A DNA stretch of 64,000 bases from Histomonas meleagridis 2922-C6/04-290x (taxonomy: Eukaryota > Protista > Parabasalia), in NCBI GenBank assembly GCA_020184695.1, contig JAANOX010000258.1, positions 372,001 to 436,000 of the forward strand, read 5' to 3'. Positions 1 to 9,710 of the stretch are shown here, in pieces (position 1 is the first letter of the stretch; every line of letters begins with the position of its first letter). The notes under the pieces were generated by a model. That model did no database searches. It worked only from the letters and a program-made list of their open reading frames with translations, and was not told the origin of the DNA. Made by a program: the position numbers and the translations under genes.

Positions 1-121
1 ATCATGTGTAGGTGCTTTGAGTCCTGATTCAATGACTTTCTTCAAAATATCATTGGGTACAACTTTTGCTTGGAAATCTCGAACAATCCTCCGCTGATCA
101 ATGGCCAGTATAAAGTGACAT
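1..121 (-). pseudogene. Nitroreductase-family gene, 5' part only (runs off window), with a +1 frameshift just after the start
   Basis: Minus strand ATG TCA CTT TAT ACT GGC CAT TGA. Removing one G gives MSLYTAIDQRRIVRDFQAKVVPNDILKKVIESGLKAPTHD, matching the nitroreductase N-terminal 'RR-x-x-R-x-F...L-x-A-P' FMN-binding motif. Not in the ORF track. Confidence 0.7.
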
Positions 122-176
122 CGTTCCTAGCGGAGGTTTAGATTCGGGAGCTTTGCGTTTGGAAACGCTTTTCTTT

Positions 177-599
177 TTATGGTGAATCTCTGGTTTTGAT
201 TGCTATCTCTCCCAGAATTGAAATGAAGTATTCCCAGTTTTTGATTTCTTCATTTTCAATACTTGAGTTTCGAGGAATCATCTCCAGTGAACCTGTTGGA
301 CATGACCTTGTACACACACCGCATCCAATGCAATCGTTTGGTGATACTTGGATTCGAAATTGGTAATCCTTCATTTCTTTATCGTTGGATTTTGCGGTTT
401 TAATTTGCTTAGTTTCTTTTGGTGAAAGGAAGAAGGGATGAATGGAGCCATGTGGACAGATTATTGTGCATGAATAACATTGAAGACACTTTTTTTCGTC
501 CCAGTGTGGAATCATGGATGGTTTACCTAATTTCACCCCTGTTTTGAAAAGCCTTGAAGCAAATAATCCCCCATCATGCCTGCTGAACGAAGAAAGCAT
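177..599 (-). pseudogene. Pyruvate:ferredoxin oxidoreductase internal fragment (2x[4Fe-4S] ferredoxin domain)
   Basis: IPHWDEKKCLQCYSCTIICPHGSIHPF and FRIQVSPNDCIGCGVCTRSCP...WEYF are typical PFOR domain V sequences. The rest of PFOR is absent. Confidence 0.8.
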
Positions 600-779
600 A
601 TGCCTGAATCGTTGTCACTTTTTTGATAGTTCGATGATAAAAATTTAAATGTCCGGAGTCGAACCTTGACATTTTTATTATTAAAGCCGTTGATAATCTT
701 CTTGATTAAGAATATTAATTCACCAACTTCATTTGGAACATTTTCATGTTTATTACTGAGGAAGAATTTGCAAATTGAA

Positions 780-1400
780 ATTTTTTTCTTTTGTTAATTA
801 AAAAGATATTTAAACACAAAAGCAATAGAACCACTAATAATTCTAATTAAAGCACCTGTTGAAATTTTATCTTTTTTTGTTCCTAAAATATTCAAGAAAA
901 TATGAAATTAAAGAATTTTAGAGGTGTAAAAGTATTTGAACTAATAAATGCTTTTTAACTAGTAAATGCAGAGTTGTTAATGAATTACATTCTTGAGCTG
1001 TTTCATTTCTATCGAAATTACAAAATTTTTCATCTGCATAATTAATATATTTCATTACATTTAGGAAACATTAAAAAATGAAATGAGTTCGAGACTTGGT
1101 TGATGAACTCCATAAAAATACAAACATTTAATATTATATAAATCTGAAAATGCATAACTTGAAATTATTTTAAAACTTTCAGAGAATAACTGTTTCTAAA
1201 CTAAAATGCATTACTTCCAATTAAAGTAACTAAACTTGGAATTGTAATATTTATTAAACTTGTATAATTGAAAAATGAAGGTAATTACCTCCTATTTCTT
1301 TTATATTTTCACCATAAATAACTGTTTCTACATTAGTTCAATAAGATAATGCATTATTTCCAACTAAGGCAACAAGAAATTTTGCTTAAGTCATCGCTCA
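780..1400 (-). pseudogene. Highly degraded BspA-like LRR relic
   Basis: Minus-strand fragments such as LIGSNAF, IGNNALSY and ETVI interrupted by stops. Imperfect direct repeats near 1185 and 1317 correspond to LRR units. Confidence 0.3.
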
Positions 1401-1712
1401 GTTATATAACAAATGTATGAACAAAAATTAATACGTTGAAATTTTTATTCACCTTCAAGTTTCTTCTTTATCTTATCTCTCTTTGGAATTGTTTTTGATA
1501 AGAAAAATTTCTTTGAGGATATAAAAATTTTAACAATCTTCAAGTAGATAGGAAATTGGTTTTAAAGAAAATTAGTGGTAACTGCTAAAAAATGATTTTT
1601 GATCAATGTTTTACACAAAACAAATTGCATTATTTTTAAAGAAAGCTAAAAATAGCTCTTTTTGAAAAATATAAAAATTGATCATGAAAACGTGTTTAAA
1701 TTTTTTTTTCAT

Positions 1713-2258
1713 ATGCCAATAAAAAGTGACGCCCTTATTCTCCAGGCCGAGATGACTGAGGTGCCAAATGATGATTCTGTTGTCAAAGTTCATCTCTCAA
1801 TCAATCATGAAAATGAAACGCTATCTGTTGACTTTCCATTTAGCAAGAAATTTGATGATATCGATAGTGTTGTTGCAGATTTGATTGAAACATTATCAAT
1901 ATCAGACATAGATCCAAATGCCATTAAATCCATGATTGAGGCCCAGGTATACAAAGCAGCTCCACCCCGAAGTGGTCCAAGCTTTGAACCAATTAATGAT
2001 AATCAGGTGGGTAATAATTCAATATTATCTCTTGAAGATTCTGATTCGGACGACTATGGCATAAACGATAGTGAATATGTCTCACTTTTACAACAGCAGA
2101 AAAAAGAAATGCAAGCACTTAATATTCGACAATATAATGAAAAGAAAGCACTTGCGCAAAGGATAGCAGCCTCAACATTAGCCTCAAATCAATTTAACCA
2201 AGCAGCGTCAATTGCTGATAAAAAAGGCGGAAATTGTGATGATCTAATTGTCTTTTAA
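1713..2258 (+). CDS. Hypothetical protein with WNK-kinase CCT/PF2-like domain and no kinase domain
   Basis: Likely ATG at 1713 after a TCAT Inr-like site. VDFPFSKKFDDIDSVVADLIETL resembles the WNK C-terminal 'I-x-F-x-F-D-x-x-x-D-x-x-x-x-V-A-x-E-M' domain. Confidence 0.55.
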   Translation: MPIKSDALILQAEMTEVPNDDSVVKVHLSINHENETLSVDFPFSKKFDDIDSVVADLIETLSISDIDPNAIKSMIEAQVYKAAPPRSGPSFEPINDNQVGNNSILSLEDSDSDDYGINDSEYVSLLQQQKKEMQALNIRQYNEKKALAQRIAASTLASNQFNQAASIADKKGGNCDDLIVF

Positions 2259-2300
2259 TATATATTAAAAAATAAAAAATAAAAATAATAGTAACGACAA

Positions 2301-5036
2301 TTATTCTATGTCTGTTTGTGATTCATCATCTCTTTTTGTCTCTAACATTTCTTCTTCTTCTTCCGACATCAAACCCAAAACGGTCTCCACGAATTCAGAA
2401 GAATTGATTTGAGATGGCAGTTGTTGACCGACAAGAATTTCAAAACATTTTTCAATGTCCTCCGATGACATCGGTTCACCTGACGATTGAAGTAACTTTA
2501 TCAATTCTTCGGTACTCAAAAAACCGTTTTCATCAGCGCCCAAAACCTTAAACGCCTTTTCAATGTCATCTAAAGAAGGAGGCACTGCAGGTCTGTGATT
2601 CAAAAACAACCTCAGGAAAGTCTGGAAGTCAATAGTTTCAGTTTTTTCGTTAGTTTCCAAGAACTTTGAATATTGTATTTCATTTCTAATCAAATCAGCT
2701 TCGAACTGGGTTGGATAAAACCCTAAAGCGCACATTAAAGGGACTACTTCTGAAATCGGCACAACTTGTGGGATTTCATGAGCCTTATCTGTAAGTTTTC
2801 CTTGCACTCTTAATTGCGATGAATAAAAGTAGTCGACGATTTCTTGATAAAGTGGACCATCTTCACCGCCTTCAAGCATTTGTATGAACGGGTCACCATC
2901 TCTAGCAGCTAGCAATGCAGCCGCTTCAAGGTTTTCAGGGTTTGAAGTAAAAATACCGATATAATTATCGACACCACTATACACTAAAACTCTACTTTGA
3001 TCTCTTGACATCAAAATATTTTCTATGTTTAAAGGATGCGCTATTAATCCCATTGATTCATTGGGGTTTCCTGTTAAAGGATATAAAACAATTCCTAATA
3101 TACAAGAATCTGTTGAATATATTATTGACTTTTGTTTTGAATTATCAACAAATATCATATGTATCAAGTCACCTCCGAAAGAAGGCGCTAATGTTGTCGA
3201 GCTACATATCATTGTAGCTCCATTCCATAATCGTAACTTTCCTTCGGTATTAGCGACAATAAAGAACCATCTATTATCTTGTCGAATCCAGATAAAAGAA
3301 ACAGGTTTCGCCGTCATTTCAATTTGCGTTTGCATCTTAAGTAAAACGCCATCCAAATATGTGGAATTCGCAAAATCATATTCAACAATTCTTCGATCTT
3401 TTCCAATGGTAAATAATCGATGCGGTGATTCTGTTGATCCATTACCAATGAATGAAAGTCCGGTGATTTTATCCCAATGCGCTTTATGACGCCCAACGTA
3501 TTCCCATTTCTTCATTTCTTGTTGAATTGTAGTCATTTGTACATCATCATTTTCATGTGGCTGTGACATCATTGGTGTTGTTGGAGATAATTTATCTAAT
3601 GATCGAAATAATGCTAATGTATTATCTTCCATTGTTATCGCCATAAATAATGAATCACTTGAATATTGAATGTTTCTAATCGGAACATTTTTTGCGATTC
3701 GTTGATGATATACATCATCGAAGTTTTCAGTAGTAACTATAAAAATTGAACCATTTGTAAAACCAATTGCTAAAAAGTCTTCGCTTGGTACATAACATAA
3801 TGCAGAAATTTGCATTTTATCATAACATGCACGATTAATTGGCGTATGATTAACAATATCCCATTGTATTAATTCTCCTAAATCACTGCCAGTCGCAATA
3901 CGTCCATCATTCGGATTAACTGCCATCGCTTTAACATTTCCGGTATGATTCATTAATAAAACTTTTGGTTGATCAGTGCCTAATACGGAATAAAAGACTG
4001 CATCCGTTATACGGATGACTGACGCATTTGACGTGGCGACTATAAATGGTTGGCAAACAAATTTGCTTTTATCTGTTGTATTATTTAAATGTGATGTAGT
4101 CGCAAATGAAATCGATGTAATCGGTCCTGCTTTAATATCCTCAAACCACGCAATTAAACGAAATTGAAAGTCATAAAATTTCACAAATCCATCAGATCCT
4201 CCTGTCACTATATAATTCTCATGAATTTCGAGCGTTTGAATTGATGATTTGTGAAGATTTATGATTTTGACTGGTTTATGCTCGGATTCTAATCCTTGAT
4301 GCAGCGCAAAAGGATCACGGATGAGTTGAATGATAGAACCTTCAGATGTAGAAATGATAACATCGTCGTTTTCTGGAAGATATCGAGAATATGTAAGATT
4401 ACCAATTGGCTTTTTAAGATCTCGTGATGTAACTGGTGGTGAATAATATGTGATATTATCATTAGACGTATTCCATTGCCAAAATATAATTGAATGTGAT
4501 CCGTTGGTAATAAGTTGTGTTTCATCTCGTGGATTAAATTGCACACATTTCATCTGCTCTGGAAAGGGAATTTCAACAATAACAGCGGGTTCAGGATCAG
4601 AAGAAGCATTGGAGTTCCAATCCCAAATTGCAAAAATCTGTGGATTTGTATTGCTGCTGAGTGTAGCTAAATATTTACCTGACTGTGAAAATGCACACGC
4701 ACAAACACCATTTGAATGAGGAGAAAACTTTGTGAATAATGGACATGCTGTATGTGAATCCCAGACTATTAATGCAGAATTATCGCCAGTGTCACCAGTT
4801 GCAATATAATTCTTGTCTTGTGTAACTGCAACTGCTGTTATTGTATGGCGATGACCTAAAAATAGAGTTTGTGTATTATTTTCACAATTAAATAGAACAC
4901 CTGTATGTGCACATGGATAAAAGAAACAATCTCTTTGATCGTCTTTTAGATCAATTACCCCGTTTATAATCGATGTGTTTGCCCCTAAAACCCATTCTAA
5001 TGATAGAGCAGATTGCTCAAGGGGGCGTGCTGACAT
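2301..5036 (-). CDS. CFAP251: WD40-repeat + C-terminal EF-hand flagellar protein (CFAP251/WDR66-like)
   Basis: 911 aa. Multiple WD repeats (GHRHTITAVAV, HWDKITGLSF), 'YYSQLRVQG' region and a calmodulin-like C-terminus (FKVLGADENGFLSTEELIKLLQSSGEPMS). Confidence 0.8.
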   Translation of the reverse strand: MSARPLEQSALSLEWVLGANTSIINGVIDLKDDQRDCFFYPCAHTGVLFNCENNTQTLFLGHRHTITAVAVTQDKNYIATGDTGDNSALIVWDSHTACPLFTKFSPHSNGVCACAFSQSGKYLATLSSNTNPQIFAIWDWNSNASSDPEPAVIVEIPFPEQMKCVQFNPRDETQLITNGSHSIIFWQWNTSNDNITYYSPPVTSRDLKKPIGNLTYSRYLPENDDVIISTSEGSIIQLIRDPFALHQGLESEHKPVKIINLHKSSIQTLEIHENYIVTGGSDGFVKFYDFQFRLIAWFEDIKAGPITSISFATTSHLNNTTDKSKFVCQPFIVATSNASVIRITDAVFYSVLGTDQPKVLLMNHTGNVKAMAVNPNDGRIATGSDLGELIQWDIVNHTPINRACYDKMQISALCYVPSEDFLAIGFTNGSIFIVTTENFDDVYHQRIAKNVPIRNIQYSSDSLFMAITMEDNTLALFRSLDKLSPTTPMMSQPHENDDVQMTTIQQEMKKWEYVGRHKAHWDKITGLSFIGNGSTESPHRLFTIGKDRRIVEYDFANSTYLDGVLLKMQTQIEMTAKPVSFIWIRQDNRWFFIVANTEGKLRLWNGATMICSSTTLAPSFGGDLIHMIFVDNSKQKSIIYSTDSCILGIVLYPLTGNPNESMGLIAHPLNIENILMSRDQSRVLVYSGVDNYIGIFTSNPENLEAAALLAARDGDPFIQMLEGGEDGPLYQEIVDYFYSSQLRVQGKLTDKAHEIPQVVPISEVVPLMCALGFYPTQFEADLIRNEIQYSKFLETNEKTETIDFQTFLRLFLNHRPAVPPSLDDIEKAFKVLGADENGFLSTEELIKLLQSSGEPMSSEDIEKCFEILVGQQLPSQINSSEFVETVLGLMSEEEEEMLETKRDDESQTDIE

Positions 5037-5974
5037 TTGTCCGTTATTTTTGGTGTAAAAAAAGTGTAAAATAAACGTGCATTACATTGAATTATTGTTT
5101 GTTCTGCTACTTCAAAGATAATAATACATAAAAATTTATCATAAGATACAAGAATTAAAGAAGGGGAAATTTTAGAAAAAAATGTTGAGAAAAATATAAC
5201 TTAATGTCTTATATAGGTTATAGTCGCATTCACTACGAGCTGATAAATGCAATGCACAAACTTAATTGATGTCTTACTAGAATTGTTGCATACACGTTGG
5301 TTTCAAATTATTTTGGAATTTTTTCTAGTAAATCAAGATTTCAATGTTCTGTTTTCAAGGACTTTCCAAATAATTCATCAACGCAGAAATTAAAATCAAA
5401 AAATATATGTATATGCATATTTGTCGAAACAGAGAAAGTTCCTATAACGACAACCATCAATGTTTTTCCAGCGGTTTGTTCATAATGAACAATTTTCGGT
5501 TTTGAAATTTGTGGTAATCTAATGTTTGATTTTTAAGTGGTTTATTTTATCAAAAAAATAAATTGACAGAAACCCTTCAAACTTTATTATCGGAATTTTC
5601 TTTTAGATATGAATAACTTGATGCCGTTTATTTGGACTTTCGATCCTTTCCATAATAATTATCATTACTTAAATATTCCAAATAATTATGTTATTTGCAC
5701 AATATTCATCCTTTTTATATTTCCTGTTGACTTATCAAATAAAAGTTAATTTTTTTTTATCCACAACAGCATTAAAATGTATTTCTCTTTTTTGAGTGTA
5801 AATATTTAGAATTATTTCCCAATTTTTTGTCTTATTTACAATTAAACTATATAACAATATTACTTTTATTTAAAATTATTGCTATTTCGTTGAAGCAAAG
5901 GATGTTTTAATCAAACTATATAAACAATTTTTTAATCAAAAAATACATTCAAATTCAAATCTAAGAATGAATAT

Positions 5975-6530
5975 ATGTATACATGTTTTATTATAATATT
6001 TTTCACATACACCTTCCAAAACTTTGATTCTGTTATATCTACAATATCTAATGATTATGCTTTTAAATATGTTAAGAGTTATAGGAATTTAATTAAATAT
6101 GTCATCATTAAAAGCGTCAATCAGATTTCAGAGAATGCATTTGAATCATGTTTGGATTTGTTAAAGGTTAATATTGGAGATAGTGTTAAAGAAATAGGAA
6201 TCTCTGCATTTTATTCAAGTATTTCATTTCAAAATATTATTATTCCTAAATCAGTTTCATTTAAATGGATCAAATGTATTTTATGATTGCACAAATCTTC
6301 AAAGTATAAATGTATCTAAAGACAATATAAATTATTATTATGAAAATGATGGAGTTCTTTATGATAAGAATATATCACAAATCATATGTAGATCTGCAGG
6401 GAATAGCAAACCATTTCATATACTACGACTATATTGTTATTATATTCACATTTTACTTCAGCTTTTACACCAATTTCTTTACCATAATACGCACAAATGA
6501 AACGATCGTTATAAATCAAAAGATTTAATG
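5975..6530 (+). pseudogene. BspA-like (TpLRR) gene fragments
   Basis: ISENAFESCLDL, IGDSVKEIGISAFYS and IIIPKSV, then out-of-frame INVSKDN..Y..ENDGVLYDK. No TM or tail. Confidence 0.65.
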
Positions 6531-6832
6531 TTTTTGAGATAACTTGATATCAAAAATAACAAAAATAAACGAAAAACTCTTCGACCCTATATAATAGTTT
6601 ATGAATTTCACTCTTCGAAAATGTCTGTAGCAATGCTTTTGTTTGCGATGGAACTTTCAACATATCGATGGCAGTTTTTCAGTGGAAAACGATCATCTAG
6701 CCATTGAATTCTATATCGGATGCCTCAAAATGAGGTCTGAAATATCAGTGTCAAATTGTTCAACTGTTTCATTTGGAATTGTGAGAAAGGAGGTTGTATC
6801 GGTTATTACTTCAAAAAGTAAAAATATAAAAA

Positions 6833-7396
6833 ATGAGCAAATCCCCAGAGCGCAAAGTAATCGTTGTAGGAGATTCGTCTGTTGGAAAGACTAGCATTGT
6901 TATGCGGTACCATAAGAATACATTCTTTCCAGATCACCAAGCTACAGTAGGCGCATCTTTTATTACCAAATCAATTGCAACAAAAAATGGTAAAATCAAC
7001 ATAAACATTTGGGATACAGCAGGACAAGAAAAATATAGAAGTTTAGTGCCAATGTATTCAAGAAATGCTTCAGCAGCAATTATTGTTTTTGATTTATCTA
7101 ATCCTACCAGTTTTGACGGCATGAAGGTGTGGTTAGATGAGGTTAGACAGAATGTTCCTGATGATTGTGTGATTGTTATTGTTGGAAATAAATCCGACTT
7201 GCCGATGGCAATTCATAGTGATGAAGCCTTTTCTTGGGCAAGAGAGAATAACTTAGAAATGACCTTTGTTTCTGCGAAGGATGGAATTGGAATTGATGAA
7301 CTATTTCAAACTGTTGCAGAATTAATTCCTTTAAAGCACTTATCGCCTGTTATCGAAACAACAGCTCCAGTTCCGAATGAAAGCAAATGTTGCTGA
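6833..7396 (+). CDS. Rab-family small GTPase (Rab5/21/22-like)
   Basis: GDSSVGKTS, WDTAGQEKYRSLVPMY, GNKSD, SAK and a C-terminal CC prenylation motif. Confidence 0.95.
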   Translation: MSKSPERKVIVVGDSSVGKTSIVMRYHKNTFFPDHQATVGASFITKSIATKNGKININIWDTAGQEKYRSLVPMYSRNASAAIIVFDLSNPTSFDGMKVWLDEVRQNVPDDCVIVIVGNKSDLPMAIHSDEAFSWARENNLEMTFVSAKDGIGIDELFQTVAELIPLKHLSPVIETTAPVPNESKCC

Positions 7397-7465
7397 TTTT
7401 GTTTTTTCAATAAACAGTAAATTTTATGCCAAATCAAATTAAAAGAAAATGTTAATGACAAAAGA

Positions 7466-8101
7466 ATGAGCAAGTTTTCAGTTCTCGCAGAAGATGATGA
7501 ATCCAGTAGTTATTCTAATGATGAAATGAGCATGCCAGGGCCACAATATTCTATTGAGGAACTCCTCAAATTTTATAAATTATCAACAAACATTAATTAT
7601 TCTCTTCCAGATATTATAATGATATTCGAAAGAAACCCACAAATACCAGAATTAATGACTTATTCATCACTCATCGGTAAATTTAATTCAATAATTACTC
7701 AAAATCATTCACAAAAACAGCAGCAAGAAGGCTCTGCAACTTGTTCTAATGGGGCATTGCCAAACAATTTAATCACTGTTTTGGATGTGCGAACGACAAC
7801 ACTTTGGAATTACAAAGACCAAATGGATCATATCAATGGTCCTTATCCATCCAATGTTATGAGGAGATGGCTTGATAAAAAGATCATTGATACTTCATTG
7901 TTAATACAAAAAGCCAATTCCAATGATGGCTTTATGCCTATTTCAGTCGTATTTCCTGATATTAGCAAAGCATTTGATGAAGAAAATATAGATAATAACT
8001 CTCATGCAATTAATGATGAGCTAAAAGAGAGAAATGTTACGACTCTATATTCTTTTTCCCTATCAGATTCCTCTTTTGACTTCAATGATATTACTATTTA
8101 A
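7466..8101 (+). CDS. Small GYF-domain protein (GIGYF-like)
   Basis: WNYKDQMDHINGPYPSNVMRRWLDKKII fits the GYF consensus W-x-Y-x-D...GP[FY]...M..W with the GYF tripeptide degenerated. N-terminal YSIEELL. Confidence 0.7.
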   Translation: MSKFSVLAEDDESSSYSNDEMSMPGPQYSIEELLKFYKLSTNINYSLPDIIMIFERNPQIPELMTYSSLIGKFNSIITQNHSQKQQQEGSATCSNGALPNNLITVLDVRTTTLWNYKDQMDHINGPYPSNVMRRWLDKKIIDTSLLIQKANSNDGFMPISVVFPDISKAFDEENIDNNSHAINDELKERNVTTLYSFSLSDSSFDFNDITI

Positions 8102-8555
8102 TAAATATATACATTGTATCTAATTTGCTGAGTTCTTTAATTATAATAATTTTAATGTTATTAAAGTTTTAAACATTGAAAAAAAAGATAAAAATTTAAT
8201 ATTCCAAATATAAATATAAATTGTGCTGTATAATTTCTTAAGTCCTAAATTTTATTATTAGAAGCACATATGATTTGAAGTTAAGATTCATGACTTAATT
8301 CCAGATATTAAAATGAGAAGATGAAATACTTGGAATCTATAGTGATGACTTTTTTGTCATTTCCATCATATAAAACTCTTAATCTAAACATGTTATTCAA
8401 AAATATAACATGATTTGTAGTATTAGTACCTCTTTTTACACAGCAATATTTAAAACTTATTTCAATTCCAAAATATGATTTTCTTCTTGGACATGAAATG
8501 TTATCATTTTCTTATATTAAAATATAATTATTTTTATTGATCAATGAACAGTTAA

Positions 8556-9626
8556 TTAATTAAGGAACTCATCAAACAGGTGTTGGTCATGCTTTGCCAT
8601 GCAAATTGCTTCTTTCAGCTTCAATATTTCAGCTTTTGCCTTTTCAGCAATCTCTGGGTATGTTTCTTCGAAAGTTAATCTTTGCTTAAATTTGAACGCC
8701 ACCAAGTTACCGCCATTCAACTTGATGCCTATTCCATCCAAAATCTTTTTCAAGCTTTCGTTTGTTATTCCGAATATTTGAAGGAACTTTGGAAGAAGCT
8801 GAATTTTTAGTTGTTTCGAATGCGCAAACAAAACAATCATAAACGCACGCGGAGTACGTAATTCGCGTGGAAGAATTGATTCGGGAAGTTTCTCGGGTTT
8901 AATGGTCCATCTTCCTTGAACATAATACCCGTATTGTAATAATGAATCAAGAAGTTCGAATGTGTACGCTTTGAGATTAAGTTGCTTAACAACATCGTCA
9001 AAGAAAATCGTTTTGTCTTTGATCATACGAAGATAAAGTTGTTCGTTCGGCGGTCGAGAACTAATAACAGCGTCTGGAACATTTTCAAACATTTCAGGAT
9101 TCATGCTTGAATGAGTATCGGTGATTCGACTATGAAACATAGTCGCTGACATTGGGGATGAAATGTCGTCGTGACTTGATGAAATGAAGCCATTTGGATT
9201 CTCAAGTTCCATCCAATCAATAGGAACACCAGGAATGGAATCAAGATTATTATTGGGTTGAAGTGATGGACGTGCTTGATGGATTTGAGTGATAGGAGTA
9301 AGATGGAGTTGATTTTCATGAAGAATTCCTACTGCATAAGGTTGATTAATAACAATTTTATGTGTTTCGATAAGATATTTGGTGGCTTCACTTGATGAAA
9401 AAATATCAGATTCTGGAAGAGCAATAAAATGATATGTATCTTTGTTAGTATCATGTGAAGCAATTTGAACACCTGGAAGTGTTGATTTTCGAGAAATTAA
9501 TGGAAATTGCATAATAAAACTTTTGCTTCCCATATCAGAGCAATTGAATATAGGAATTTCTTGAACAACTGGATCATCATCATCTGTGTTTCTCTGCATT
9601 GATATTTTGGTTGGGAATTCAAACAT
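8556..9626 (-). CDS. POLR3E: RNA polymerase III subunit RPC5 (C37/Sin-like)
   Basis: DDDDPVVQEIPIF, QFPL, YAVGILHENQLHLTPITQIHQARPSL and YYVQGRW match the Sin_N family pattern. Confidence 0.7.
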   Translation of the reverse strand: MFEFPTKISMQRNTDDDDPVVQEIPIFNCSDMGSKSFIMQFPLISRKSTLPGVQIASHDTNKDTYHFIALPESDIFSSSEATKYLIETHKIVINQPYAVGILHENQLHLTPITQIHQARPSLQPNNNLDSIPGVPIDWMELENPNGFISSSHDDISSPMSATMFHSRITDTHSSMNPEMFENVPDAVISSRPPNEQLYLRMIKDKTIFFDDVVKQLNLKAYTFELLDSLLQYGYYVQGRWTIKPEKLPESILPRELRTPRAFMIVLFAHSKQLKIQLLPKFLQIFGITNESLKKILDGIGIKLNGGNLVAFKFKQRLTFEETYPEIAEKAKAEILKLKEAICMAKHDQHLFDEFLN

Positions 9627-9710
9627 ACATAGTCAATCCAAGGGACGATAGGAAATGTATTAACGGTTTCTGGAAGCCGTTATTTTTGCTCAAAAGAGAG
9701 ACCTGAAAAA
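9627..9710. promoter_or_regulatory. 84-bp bidirectional promoter with palindromic Myb/M3-like site
   Basis: Head-to-head ATGs at 9626 and 9711. TAACGGTTTC-TG-GAAGCCGTTA inverted repeat at 9661-9682 contains HRCSGTTD (M3) matches on both strands. Confidence 0.6.

Noticed and set aside
647-674. tRNA T-arm/B-box-like hairpin on minus strand (AAATGTCAAGGTTCGACTCCGGACATTT)
   Set aside because: No acceptor, D or anticodon stems, and the T-stem mispairs. It lies in what appears to be degraded PFOR coding sequence upstream of the fragment.
6600-6830. GC-richer segment upstream of the Rab gene (ORF 6643-6894)
   Set aside because: GCG-ATG ORF overlaps the Rab start out of frame and has no recognisable domain. 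The minus strand shows only broken frames.
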